NCBI RefSeq assembly: GCF_009914755.1
Contig: NC_060936.1
Length of the DNA: 64,000 nucleotides
DNA from: the human T2T-CHM13v2.0 reference genome, Homo sapiens
Direction: 5' to 3' (one strand)
Under the pieces are notes generated by a model, which saw nothing but the letters and a program-made list of their open reading frames with translations, did no database searches and had not been told where the DNA came from. Made by a program: the position numbers and the translations under genes. Positions 1 through 11,381 of this stretch are shown piece by piece (position 1 is the first letter of the stretch; each line of letters begins with the position of its first letter).

Positions 1-439
1 CTTGCAGAGCCTGGCAGAGGTGGGTCCAGGTCCCCCGCCTCACCATGTCTATCAGCAGCCTCCCATTAAAGCATTGGGCCATTGCATTTGCTTGCCTTAA
101 GCACAGCTGATCTCATGGATGGTTAGAATTGGCCATAAGGACTGTTGAATGTCCCAGACTCTCCATATGGCAACTTTATAACACACTACTCCAATTATGA
201 CGTTCCTCTGCCTATCGTCCTTCAAAGTCAAGGTCAAATTCAAACTCTTACATGGCATCCAGGGGCTCATTTCTTTCTGCCCTTGCCTAACACCTATCTG
301 ACTCCCAAGCTCGGCCAAACAGTCCCACACTTCCCCCAGATGTCCCACGTGTTCTTTTGTCTCTGAGTCTTTGCCTGAGCCTCTCCTCTGACCTGAAAAA
401 CCCTCCCCCATCCATCCTCCTTTTTCCCTAGCTAGCTCC

Positions 440-705
440 AACTTAACCAGTGCAGAGTCCCTTCCTCCATGAGGCCTTCCGTGATGCCCTGGTTGGGTGC
501 AATTCTATTCCATTGCCACTGGCACACCAGTCCATAGGTCTCCCCACACTGTAGTGTATTGTGAACCTGTTTCCATGTGTTCTCCATCCGACCCAGAATG
601 AATGGATGACAGAGACTTTTTCTTTTAACTTTGAATTCCCAGTACCTAGCATAGTGCCTAGTTGGTGCTCAAAAAAAGTCTGATGAATGAATGAGTGAGC
701 CAATG
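440..705 (+). mobile_element. L2 3' end fragment (approximate bounds)
   Basis: 'cagtacctagcatagtgcctagttggtgctcaaaaaaagtctgatgaatgaatga' resembles the L2 3' terminus. Confidence 0.55.
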
Positions 706-2279
706 AGCTGTCCATCTGTATTTTCTGTGACTCCCTCCCTTTGATACCTTAGCTGGGCCCCAGCCCACAGGCAGCTTTCCAGGGCTGGGATGGAGGGAGG
801 GATTAGCATGGAGGAACATTTTGTGTGCATGATGGGGGTGGATTCAGCTATACCCCAAAACCACTAGCCATGAATTTTAGGTCATCTACTAATTCGGGAT
901 TATTTCTGTCTTTGTTGTCATCTATTAAACAGTCACAGAGAGTACATCAGTTCTACTCAGAATGTGGCTCAAGGGGAAAACAAAACAGGGACCCTTCAGC
1001 ACTCTGGTGTACTGCTCTGTCTCTGTCACTGGGTGCTCCACCCCAGCATGGCCCAAGATTTAGGATTGTTCCTAAAGATGTCAAGTTATCCAGAAAGCAG
1101 AGAAGGCAGAAGGGCTTCTCTCTTCACTCCTTGTATTTTATCTTTGGTGCCAACCCTAAACAAGGGGCCTTCTCCTGCTTCTCCGCAAGGCTGTGTGAGC
1201 AGGATGCCTCCCCGTACACTGGTTCTGACACCAAGCAGCTTCATTCTGAGACAAACAGATGAACATCTTCCTGCCACTCCTCTGTCAAGCCACACAAAGC
1301 CCTTAGAGTAAATGCTTCTTTCCCAGAGTCACCTTCTGATTTTCTGCCTAAATGCAGTGGAATTTGAAGTCAGTCACCTAGATTCTGATCCAGCTGCGTC
1401 ACTTGTCAGCTATTGCCTTTGGTAAGTAGCTTGAACTCCCTGGGCCCTACGTTCTTTATCTTTAAAAAGGAATCATCAAAATAAGCAATAATAATACTGT
1501 TATGATTCTGGGCATTCCTGACCCTAGCTTGCAATACTAATGTGGAAGGCTTTGGGGACTGAAGAGTTGAGTTTGAACCTTTACCAAGAAGCCCTAGCCT
1601 ATGTCTCCTAGACCTTGAAAGCCTCTCTCCTCCACCACTGCAGGCTAGCAAGGAGGCAGGGAGAGGGATGAGATAAGATCTCCCAAGAGTGTGGATTCCC
1701 TTGAGAAAGAGCCTGATAAACAGCAAGGAACAATCAGGAAGTTGCCATCTTGATCTGAGAAACCAAATTATCTAAAGAATCACTTCCCACCCACTACCAT
1801 TAGGGGAGTTAAGATCTGAGGCCTCAAACTTCTGCTTTATCCTTGGAGTTAGACTTGAATGAAAAGGTAGAAATTACTTGATTCCAGATCACACTGAAGA
1901 GACCCCCTCATTTATGATAATTAGCGGGGGAGTTGAGATGCCAACTACTCATGTGGCTTCTCCCCTCCAGACAGAACTCTCTGCCTCCAGGGAGTGGTTT
2001 CTGACCTGCCCCACCTGGTCCTAGTTCCTCAGTCTGGACTCTGTTTACACCACATTCACCTGCACTCAGCTGAGTGCATCCTCCAGGGGTGCTGTTGATC
2101 TAAGTGGGTGCCAAGGACAGAGCTGTGTCTTCTCCTCCCCTTTGGCTTCCCCCAGTGCCCAGGAGAGTGCTGTGCTCCCAGCAAGCTATGGGCCACCACA
2201 GTGAGTCATGGGGCAGACAAGACAGAGTCTGGAGCAGAGGGCCCTGCATACTTCACTATGGGGAGTTTTGCGGCCTCAC

Positions 2280-2444
2280 CTTGGTCTGGTACAGGGCCTC
2301 GGCCTCGGCCTTGCTCTTCCGGGCGATCTCCTCATACTGGGCACGGACCTCAGCAATGATGCTGTCCAGGTCCAGGTTCCGGTTGTTGTCCATGGACAGG
2401 ATGATGGACGTGTCGCTGATGTGGGACTGGATCTGAGCAGTCTC
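2280..2444 (-). CDS. KRT73: KRT73 exon 5 (165 nt)
   Basis: ctgcag|[55 protein letters not shown]|gtgagg. Confidence 0.95.
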
Positions 2445-5400
2445 CTGCAGGGGAAACAAGGAAGCATGAAATGCCTTCTGTGACCAGAGAAAGGTCCCAA
2501 GGTGATGGCCCTGTCCCAGAGGGATGGCCCTAGACCATCCCACACAGATGGAAGCTGCACTTCCCAAAGCTTGTAAGAACAGAGCTCACAGCCCAGAGGT
2601 TCCAATACCACATCTGAAAACTGCTGAATGGGTTTGAAGCAGCCCAGGAAGAAAACAGCCCATATGTCTGTCCCCTGAGACAGGACAGGAGTGGGGAAGG
2701 TGGAAGACAACAGCCTGGCTGCCACACATGGGACACTAAGGGGCACAGGAGCCCAGAAATGCTTGGCCAATAGGTTGAGGCTTGAAACCAGATGTACATA
2801 GAGAAGGCAGAAGGGGTATGAGGACTTCCTACCTCTATCCCTGGGGATTCCTGCCCAAGACCCCAGGAAACATCCCCAGCCACAGAGAGAAGAGAAGCAG
2901 GAATGAGAATATGCTTGGCTGAAGTTCAGTGGGAACCCTTTAAGGACTCTGTTTTCCTGGAGGAAGTGAAAGCAGGACATCCTCAGGGCAGTCAGGGATG
3001 GATGGGGCACCAGGATAGATGGCCACTCCCACCTTTGATCTACAAATTTCTCAGCACCCCAATGCTGGAGGTGCCCTGGACTGCTTAAGTTACAGATAAG
3101 TAAGAAACTGTTCATCACATATCTGTCCTTCCAGAAGACAGAGCCAGAGGTGGGGCAGGGGGAGCCTTACCCCCTCGTACAGACACTTGAAGAACTTGAT
3201 TTCTCCATCCAGGGCATCCACCTTGGCCTGCAGCTCCACTTTGCTCGTGTAAGCTGCGTCCACGTCCTATGGAGAATCCAGATACCCCTGACCTCACCTT
3301 TCTTCAAGCCCAGACAGGCCTCTCCAGCGAACTGACACCTGCAGGCCCTGCCCTAGCTAGCTGCCCAGGACTTCAGATCCAAGGGGCAGGAACCGGCCTT
3401 CCAGCCACAACTTCACTGTCAGACTCACTGCGAAACCTGGGGCAAGTTTCTCATGCCTCTGGAACTCCTTCTGCCTCTATTTCTCAGAGAAGGGTGTGAG
3501 ACTCTATACCCCACTCAGCCAGTCATTCAGCCAACAGAGGGAGGCAAGGACAGCCACGGCGATTTGCCAGAAACTAGCAGAGTTGGAAGGCAAACCTGCA
3601 GCCCCTCCCAAAGCCTGTCCTGTTCCCCAGCCAGAGGGGACATGAGTTGGGACTGACTATCCACATCTAGGTTCCTGTCCACAGACAAAGTACTGTGTGC
3701 TAAACCAACACCAGGTGTCCCAAAATGTCCCAAGCAGCAAGCCCTTCATCTCCTCCTTCAGCACTTTGGCTCCAGGCCCTTCTGCGGGGGGCTCAGACCT
3801 CAGCTGCTCCTCTCTCTTAGCCCAGCACCCACTGCTGGGGGACTGAAGGGAACCCATGCACCCTCCTCACCTTCTTAAGCACCACAAATTCATTCTCAGC
3901 AGTTGTGCGCTTGTTTATTTCTTCTTCATACCTGCAGGGAAAGCATCACAGGAAGCAGAGTGTGTGTCTGTGTGTGTGTGTATACGTTCTCATAGTGAAA
4001 TGAGAAAAGAGATACCCATATTATATGCCTTTTAAGAGGTATTATTCTATACCTTTGCAAGTCCATCCCAACACACCAGGACTATTTGGCCAGAGTTGGA
4101 GGCCGGGTATGAAGTAACCTCCTCCTGAGCCTGGGTGGTTTGAGGTCTGATTTCCTCTGATGCCTGGGGAGTGAGTAGGTTCTTCCTCTTCCCACTCAGT
4201 ATCTGAATCACAGAAGCATGCCAGCTACCCCTTTCAGCCATGATTCTTGTGTCAATCCTGCTGCCTGACAACCTACCAACAACTCCCCTCCATCCCTAGG
4301 CAGGGGTCCCAAGGAAGCCAGAACTATCTCCCAGGGGAGAAAGAAGGCACATGGCCCGTGTCCAGGACCGAAAGGCAATGAGAGAGGAAGCCCAACAGGA
4401 ACTCCACCTCCTTCCCTGTGGCAGAGAGCAGCGGGTGGGTGGGGGGTGGTTCTTTGGAACTCAGGGGCACAGTGGTGAGCTTAGGAGCCAAGAGGCTGCG
4501 GCACACACAATACAGGCTCCCTTGAACAGGGAGCAGGAAGGAGCATGCCAAGGAGGGGATCACCTGCCAGGACAGCCCTGACGCTGCCCAAGAGGCTGGT
4601 TGTCCACTGTCTAGTCTGCCTCGTTGCCCATAGAAGGCTCTCATCTTGCTGGGACAGATGAACCCAATACCTCCAAGGCCAGAGGCAAACATCCCAGTGC
4701 CTGCTGGGAAAGCCTCACCCTGGGAGGCAGACCAGCCTGGAGTGGCGTCCTGCTCACCTCTTCTTGTAGTCCTCCACCACTTCGCGCACGCTCCTCAGCT
4801 CCGAGTCCAGCCTCACCCTGTCCCCAGACAGCGTCTCCAGCTGCTTCCGCAGGTTGCTGATGTAGCCCTCAAGGATGGGCTCCAGGTTATTCTTGCAGTT
4901 GTTCAGGTCCAGCTGCTGTAGCAGCTCCCACTTGGTCTCCAGCACCTGGTTCTGCTGCTCCAGGAACCGCACCTGGAACCCATGCCACACATACTTAAGC
5001 AATGTGGAGAGGGGATGTGAGAATTCCCTTCCTGGACAGGAACTGTGTTTTCTTATGCTACATTAGCTTTAAAAATGAGCCTCAGCCCTTAAAAACTGCC
5101 ACCCATGCCACTCACACCCCCACTCCTTACCTAGGGTCCTTTATCTGACTGAAGTTCTCACTCTGAGGCAGCCCTTAAGGTTGGGAGGGGCACCAATGTC
5201 TTCATTTCCCTCTCAAACTATCAAGATCTAGATCTCCTGTCTCCTCTGCACTTATCCAAACCTGCCTGGACCGATGTCCATGTTCAGTCCAGGCCACCTC
5301 TCCAAGGCAGCCCCTTAGACACAAGCTGGCCTGTGCTAGCCTTCACACTGTCAGGCCTTCTGCTCGGGGTCTGGTGGCCCGTGCTCTGCCTATTCTCTCC

Positions 5401-7116
5401 CTCCTTGTGCGTGGGCTCTCCCAGCCCAGCCAGAGGCAGATGTTCAGCTTATCTGGGGTCTCCGGCCCTCCTAAGTTGCTTTCATGTCTGAATCTCTACT
5501 ATCTCAATCACAGCATTGTCCCAGCAGCAGAACAAGCATTCTCAAGTTGCAACCTACAAATATATCATTCCCTTGCTTAAAACCCTCAGGTGGTTCCACA
5601 TCACCCTCAGGGTCAAGTCCATATTCCTTATCACACTCTTCATAATGTGCCCAGCCCTCCTGGCTTCCTTCTTTACTCATACAGTGATGTCGTAAACCGA
5701 AGGTCTCCCATTCCCCAGACAAGTTCTACCATGCTGCACGTGCTGTCTCCCTAGATTGCCTTTTCCCCACCTCCATCTGAAAACTCCTACTCATGCCTCA
5801 CCACCCTACCTCACTGTCGCTCCGGGTGAGCTTCCCCTGCTCCTCTAAGCTTAGGAAGTCTCTGCTTCCCAATACCTTCCTACCACTTTGTTCCTCAGTG
5901 ATTCTCAAACCTGAGTGTACATCAGCATCACCTGGAGAGCTTGTTAAAATGCAGGGTGCTGGGCCCTGCTGCAGAGTCTCTGATTCAGTTGCTCTGGGGT
6001 GGAGCCTGAGAGTGTGCATTCTAACAAGCGTCCAGGTGACGTTGCTGCTGCTGGTTCCAGGGCCACCTTTGAGAACCACTGCTCTAGGGCACCGTGACCT
6101 CCAGCTGCCTTGCCTCATAGGCTGTGTGTGTTACGGACTGAGTCTGAGCTTTCAGGGGACACAGGAGGAACAGCTGGGTCGCATGGCAGTCTAGATGCCC
6201 CAGGCTGTCAAGGGCATCTCCTTCGCCTAGCTTCTAAGTCTCACAGGCTGTCACTCTGCTACTTCTCAACTCAGAGACCGCTCTCATTGCTTCCTGGACA
6301 CCTTCCTGGGCTAGGCTGCTGGCTCCTCTCACCCCTCCAACCCTGGTCCCTTGCCTCTGATGTCCAGGCTTTGTCCAGTTCCTCCCTGGGCTATGTCTGC
6401 ATCCTGGGGAGGTGTCCTGCCTTCGTCTGCTTCAGACAGGGAGCACCCCAAGGACAATGAAGGCGGGGGAAGGAAGGGGCTCTACGGCATGAGCAAGCCT
6501 TATGGGCCCAGCACCTGGGGAGCTTTCAAGTTGTTTACCTGGTGTCTGATTTTGCTGGGAGAAAATGATTTCTTGCTCTCAGGCAAATTGAACCACAAAT
6601 TAGGGCAGTGGCTCCCTCCTGAGTCCTTAAAAGGGGAGCCCAAGATCAGCTTTCTCCAGAAAGACCCACCTTGTCAATGAAGGAGGCGAACTTGTTGTTC
6701 AGCACCTTGATCTGCTCCCGCTCCTGGGCACGCACTTTCTGGATTTCAGGGTCCAGCTCCACATTCAGGGGTGCCAGGAGGCTCTTGTTGATGGTGACCT
6801 GATGGATACCCCCGGGCGGGCACAACGACGGACACACGGACCCCAAGGCCACACTGCCAAACATGCTGCCAGCAAAGCCACTGGCCCGGCCCCGGCCAAA
6901 TCCATAGCCTCCTGCCCACCCACTGCCACTGGCCACATTGAAAGAGATGCTCCGGGCACCCCCCAGGCTGTAAAGGCTCCGACTGCTGAAGCCTCCACTG
7001 AGCCCTTTGCCCCCTGCTCGGTAGGAGGATGAGCTGCCCCCTGAGAGCACAGCGGAGCAGCCGCTGAAGCCCCCCTTGGCAGCAGCTCCCGACTTGTAGG
7101 TGAATTGGCGGCTCAT
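2280..7116 (-). CDS. KRT73: Keratin 73 (type II, inner root sheath K71-74 group), exons 1-5; complement(join(2280..2444,3171..3266,3871..3931,4758..4972,6670..7116)); gene continues left of the window
   Basis: Head [27 protein letters not shown], helix-initiation motif [11 protein letters not shown]|[15 protein letters not shown]; exon sizes 447/215/61/96/165 are canonical for type II keratins; all four internal introns are GT-AG. Confidence 0.95.
3171..3266 (-). CDS. KRT73: KRT73 exon 4 (96 nt)
   Basis: catag|[32 protein letters not shown]|gtaagg. Confidence 0.95.
3871..3931 (-). CDS. KRT73: KRT73 exon 3 (61 nt)
   Basis: ctgcag|G TAT GAA... [20 protein letters not shown] |gtgagg. Confidence 0.95.
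3959..3981 (+). repeat. (TG)n microsatellite in KRT73 intron 2
   Basis: gtgtgtgtctgtgtgtgtgtgt, ~25 bp from the exon 3 acceptor. Confidence 0.8.
4758..4972 (-). CDS. KRT73: KRT73 exon 2 (215 nt)
   Basis: ttccag|GTGCGG...[20 protein letters not shown]...VVEDYKKR, ends AAGAG|gtgagc. Confidence 0.95.
5896..6081. mobile_element. MER5A-like hAT-Charlie MITE
   Basis: Terminal inverted repeats CAGTGATTCTCAAA...TTTGAGAACCACTG, ~186 bp, internal 'catcacctggagagcttgttaaaatgcag' typical of MER5A. Confidence 0.85.
6488..6648 (+). repeat. Inverted duplicate of the KRT73 proximal promoter (partner arm 7182-7344) in intron 1
   Basis: Hand alignment to the reverse complement of 7182-7344 gives ~139/163 identities; 6534-6577 is the exact reverse complement of 7255-7298 (44 bp). 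Confidence 0.93.
6670..7116 (-). CDS. KRT73: KRT73 exon 1 coding part (head + start of coil 1A)
   Basis: ATG at 7116 in accATGa context; ends ...FASFIDK followed by donor GTGGGT (GT at 6669-6668). Confidence 0.95.
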
Positions 7117-7181
7117 GGTGGGGAGGCCAGAAAGTGGGGATAAGATGCTGACCCTTAGCTGAGATGCAGTTCACCAGCCTG

Positions 7182-7344
7182 TGATCCTGGGCTCCCACTT
7201 TATAGGACTCAAGAGGGAGCCATGGGCCTAATTTGTGGGTTCAGTTTGCCTGGAAGCAAGAAATCATTTTCTCCCAGCAAAATCAGACACCAGGTAAATG
7301 ACTTGAAAACTCCCAAAGTGCTAGTCTTGCAAGTCTTGCTCATG
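7182..7344 (-). promoter_or_regulatory. KRT73: KRT73 proximal promoter (second arm of the inverted repeat flanking exon 1)
   Basis: Contains the TATA box; reverse-complement homologue at 6488-6648. Confidence 0.8.
7198..7204 (-). promoter_or_regulatory. KRT73: KRT73 TATA box (TATAAAG)
   Basis: Plus-strand ctttata = TATAAAG, ~85 bp upstream of the ATG, the typical keratin spacing. Confidence 0.8.
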
Positions 7345-8701
7345 TAATTTGAGTTTTATCTAATGAACATGTGTAATTAGCATGGGCACATTATCCATAG
7401 AAAGATCTTAGGTGGGAGGTTTGTCGCAGTCTCAATTGCTGTTCCCCAGGGAGTGGTGGGGCCTGGGATTGTAGGGGTACAGAGGGGAGACCTTTAATTG
7501 ACAGTGTCATCTGTTAGAAATCTCACAACCATGCCAGCATCAGATGGGCTGCTTCAGGGACCCTGGCTGAGCTGCTTTTATGTGGTTAAGAAGAGGCTGC
7601 TGCTGCCTGGCTTCCCAGAGTTCCTGGAGACAGGTTTGATGGCTGGCCAGGGCCATAGGAGAGGAGCACACTGGGAATCCAGGACCAGCCTCTGGCTGCC
7701 AGCCCCCTGCTGTGCCCTCCCAGGCAGCTCTCCTGCTCCTCTGTGCCAGCCGGGCTGCCCTGCTCACCTTCCTTTGCACACACTGACTTCTTTTTCCCTT
7801 TACCATCCCACTACCCTGACTCTTGACCTTGAAATTATGGTCATTGCACCATTCACGATGGCTGACACTGGTGCAGCACTTTACAGTGTAACAGAGCTCC
7901 TCACACAAGAAGCTCATTTAATCCACTTAGTCTGCATGGAGGGGAATGGTGATGATCCACATTACACAAATGGGGAAACCAAGGTTCAGATAATTGAGGA
8001 TGTCATTCCTTTAGCAAACATTTAGTGAGTCCTTTCTTTGTGTGAATCCCAGAGAATGAAAATGCCCCCAAAAAGCACAGGCCCCAGCCTTGAGGACTCC
8101 CTTGGCTGGTCTTCTGACTCCACATTCAGAGCTATGCCCGCCTTATTCATTCGTCCATCTATCCGTCCAACCAGCCAGCCAGCCATCTACTTGTTCATTC
8201 ATTTATCCATTCGTTTAACAGACTTCTCTTGAGGGCTGACTCTCTCCCAGGTACTGTGCTAGGCTCTTGGGTCCCGAATTATGAAGACCAAACCTAGCTC
8301 ACAATTTTGGAGATGGGGAGGTAGGGGCAGACATTTGAATTTCATGGATCCTTGACATTGCCAAAGTATGTGACCCAAGAGTTTCCCAAATCCCAAATCC
8401 CAAATATATCCATAGTATAGAATTTCCTCCATAAAAACACAAGTATTTCACTAGCTGGAGTACTTGAATGAACAGTTGGCCCATCCTTCTTTTCTATTTC
8501 TGTATAGAGGTTATGATATGCCTCTAAAATTGTTGTACTAAGCAATTGCCAAATTCAACCTCCCCTCTGTTTTATACAATATGGTTGTTTTCTAGTTAAG
8601 AATAATCATTTTCTTTGATGTCTTCAATTTCACTAAAGGCAATGCCACTTGGAAGTCCTTTAATCTTTTTTAGCTAACACGAAGTTCTATTCCTTTTTTT
8701 C

Positions 8702-8995
<294 letters not shown>

Positions 8996-10911
8996 CAAAG
9001 TTTCTATTCCTTTGTAAGTTTCTTTGTAAGGCACAAAGAAGACCAACAAAACTGCATTGTGATGAGAATGCTTAGTATTCCAGCCAGAATCACTCCCTAA
9101 TTGGCTCATTTCAGCACACCAGCACTGGGGTGGAGGTGATTCAGGCCTGCATCTCAGCAAAACTACAAATTGCTGCATGTCACAGGCCCTGAGATAACCC
9201 CCAATGGCATTTATGCTGTGAATGCCAACTCTGCAGTATGGCGTGGATGTGCTTACGAGCAAACAGCCCCTCTCCTTATGGTTTTCACTTCCCCTCCCCT
9301 CCCTGGCCTTCTCATCTTGTGAACCTGCCACAGAGGCACTTCCGGAAACCTTCTCTGATCACTTTCCTAATCCAATCACACCTCTCTTCCCAGCCTCCCA
9401 CATGTTGTTTGTTGTCCAAACAACAGCATCTATTATGTCAATTGTCTCTTCTAATTTGATGTCTCTACCTGTGTTCAGGAGGTATGTCAATCTTTCCTAA
9501 CGGCCAGAAATTTTCCTGAGGACAAGATCCAGGTCCTATCCTCCCTTTGGTCCTCTCTACTCACTTCCCAGAACTCCAGTGGCAAAGGACTCTCAGGCAG
9601 TCATGGACTAGGCTAAAAAACTCTTAGGTGCCCTTTGAAATCATTCTCCCTAAGAACAGTATCCCTAGCACCTGTCATTGAAATGCCTCTAAGTGGGTTT
9701 TCACACAGTGAGCTCCTTATATTTCACATCCCTTATATTGCCCTCACCAGGGGAAACTCAATGCCAGATGAACCCAATTACCAAGTCAGCCCCACTTCCC
9801 ACAGTGGGGCTGTCCTGCCATTAGCCTCTGCCCAGACACTAGGGCAAGAGTTTCTGATGGTTTCAGAAAAGAGAGAAAGAAAGAGGGGGGGGGGGAGAGA
9901 GAAAGAGAGAGAGAGACAGGCAGGAAATCAACTTTCTGTCACCCCCAGGGGCAATCAAATAAATATTGTGAAATCAGTATTCCCTATGTGGATATTCCAC
10001 AACTAGAAAGATGAAGTAGACATACTTTTCCCTTCTTCACAAACATAAGAAGACTCTGAAGCGTAGAGAAGAAGGCACACCAACAGGGACCTCAGGACCC
10101 AGTGAAAGACATGATGATTATTTCTCTAGGTTTTCTATTTGTCTCCTATATTCCAGACTTGGGGCAGAAGAAGGCAGGTATCTGGAAAGGCTCAGATTTT
10201 TAAAGATTAAACAAAAGCTTGATCTCTGTAGCCACATCATCAGGAAAGGGGCAGCCTAGCAAGATGGAAAACTTACAGAGAATAATCGCTCTATTCCATC
10301 TCAACACACAGAAAATACTATGGTTTCACCTACACCCACATCAGCAAAAGCTGAGTGTGAGGCCTAGACCTTCACACTCACCAGGCTATAATGAGGTGCC
10401 CCAACTGCCCCCTCCCCCAGCAGTTAGATGGAATCAGGGAAGTCCAAGAAAGAAGCCGGGATTCCATCCCCACCAGGAGGTAACAAGTGCCTGACCCACT
10501 TGGTACCAGTGGAGACCATGTGGGGAGCCCAGACTTCCACCCTCACCTGGCAATAACAAGGTAGCATCCACACCCTTTCCCCTGCAAGGACAATGTCAGA
10601 AGAAGGCAGCCAAAACAGAAGATTTAAACAATATCCAGAATCTCATAATAGTACCAAAATGTCCAAATGTTTATTTAAAAAATCACTCATTGTGCCAAGA
10701 ACAAGGAAGTCCTCAAATTGAATGAAAAAAAAAGACGATTGATAGATGCCAATACTTAGATGACAAAGTTGTTAAAATTATCTGACAAAGATTTCAAAGC
10801 AGCCACAATAAACATGCTTAAATGAACAACTAAGAACATGCTAAATAGATGACAAATTAGACAGTTTCAACAAAGAAATTAAAAAACCAGAAGAACTAAA
10901 TGAAAGTTTTA

Positions 10912-11381
10912 TTTATTTTTTATTTTTTTATAAACATCCCCAACTTGCTTGTTTTATTGGAGAAGAGGACATGGAATAAACATCTGGGATGTGAGTCTGG
11001 GAAGAACCCCCTCTCCTCCCCATACATGCCTACTGCCCCAAACTAAAAATAACCAACTCTGGGAGAGCAGCTGAGACAGCAACTGGGGGCAGAAGAAGGA
11101 GACACGGAACTGGAGGGCAGTGGTGAAGAGACCACACGTGTGCTGGGAGGGCCCAGAGGCAGTGACAGCATGAACAGTGCAAGTACAAGTCTCTGTGCCT
11201 TCCCTGGGGTTGTGTATAAATATATAGAAATGAGGCCTTCTATCCCATTTCTCTCCCTTCCGCTCCTTGCTGCCTGCCACAGTCCCAGCTCCTCTTTCCA
11301 CACGAGGGCGAAGGGAAGTGGAGGATGAACAAGTCATCACTGAATTGCGATCAGACCCACATCCATCAGCTTCTGGATCTT
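10912..11381 (-). pseudogene. 5'-truncated processed pseudogene (retrocopy) of STIP1/HOP: last 14 codons + 3' UTR + poly(A)
   Basis: Minus strand 11381-11337 reads KIQKLMDVGLIAIQ*, matching the recalled STIP1 C-terminus KIQKLMDVGLIAIR*; AATAAA at 10958-10953; A-rich tail 10912-10930; 15-bp TSD taaatgaaagtttta (10897-10911) / taaatggaagtttta (11382-11396). Confidence 0.88.

Noticed and set aside
2202-2208. Perfect AP-1 site TGAGTCA in KRT73 intron 5
   Set aside because: A lone 7-mer is expected several times by chance in 64 kb; no supporting context.
2276-3118. 280-aa minus-strand ORF
   Set aside because: Runs through KRT73 intron 4 and reads exon 5 out of frame; no recognisable protein.
1-4000. 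Possible antisense lncRNA over KRT73 (KRT73-AS1 is recalled from annotation)
   Set aside because: Exons, TSS and poly(A) site cannot be located from sequence alone, so it is not reported as a feature.
10954-11340. 128-aa minus-strand ORF
   Set aside because: Chance open frame in the retrocopied STIP1 3' UTR.
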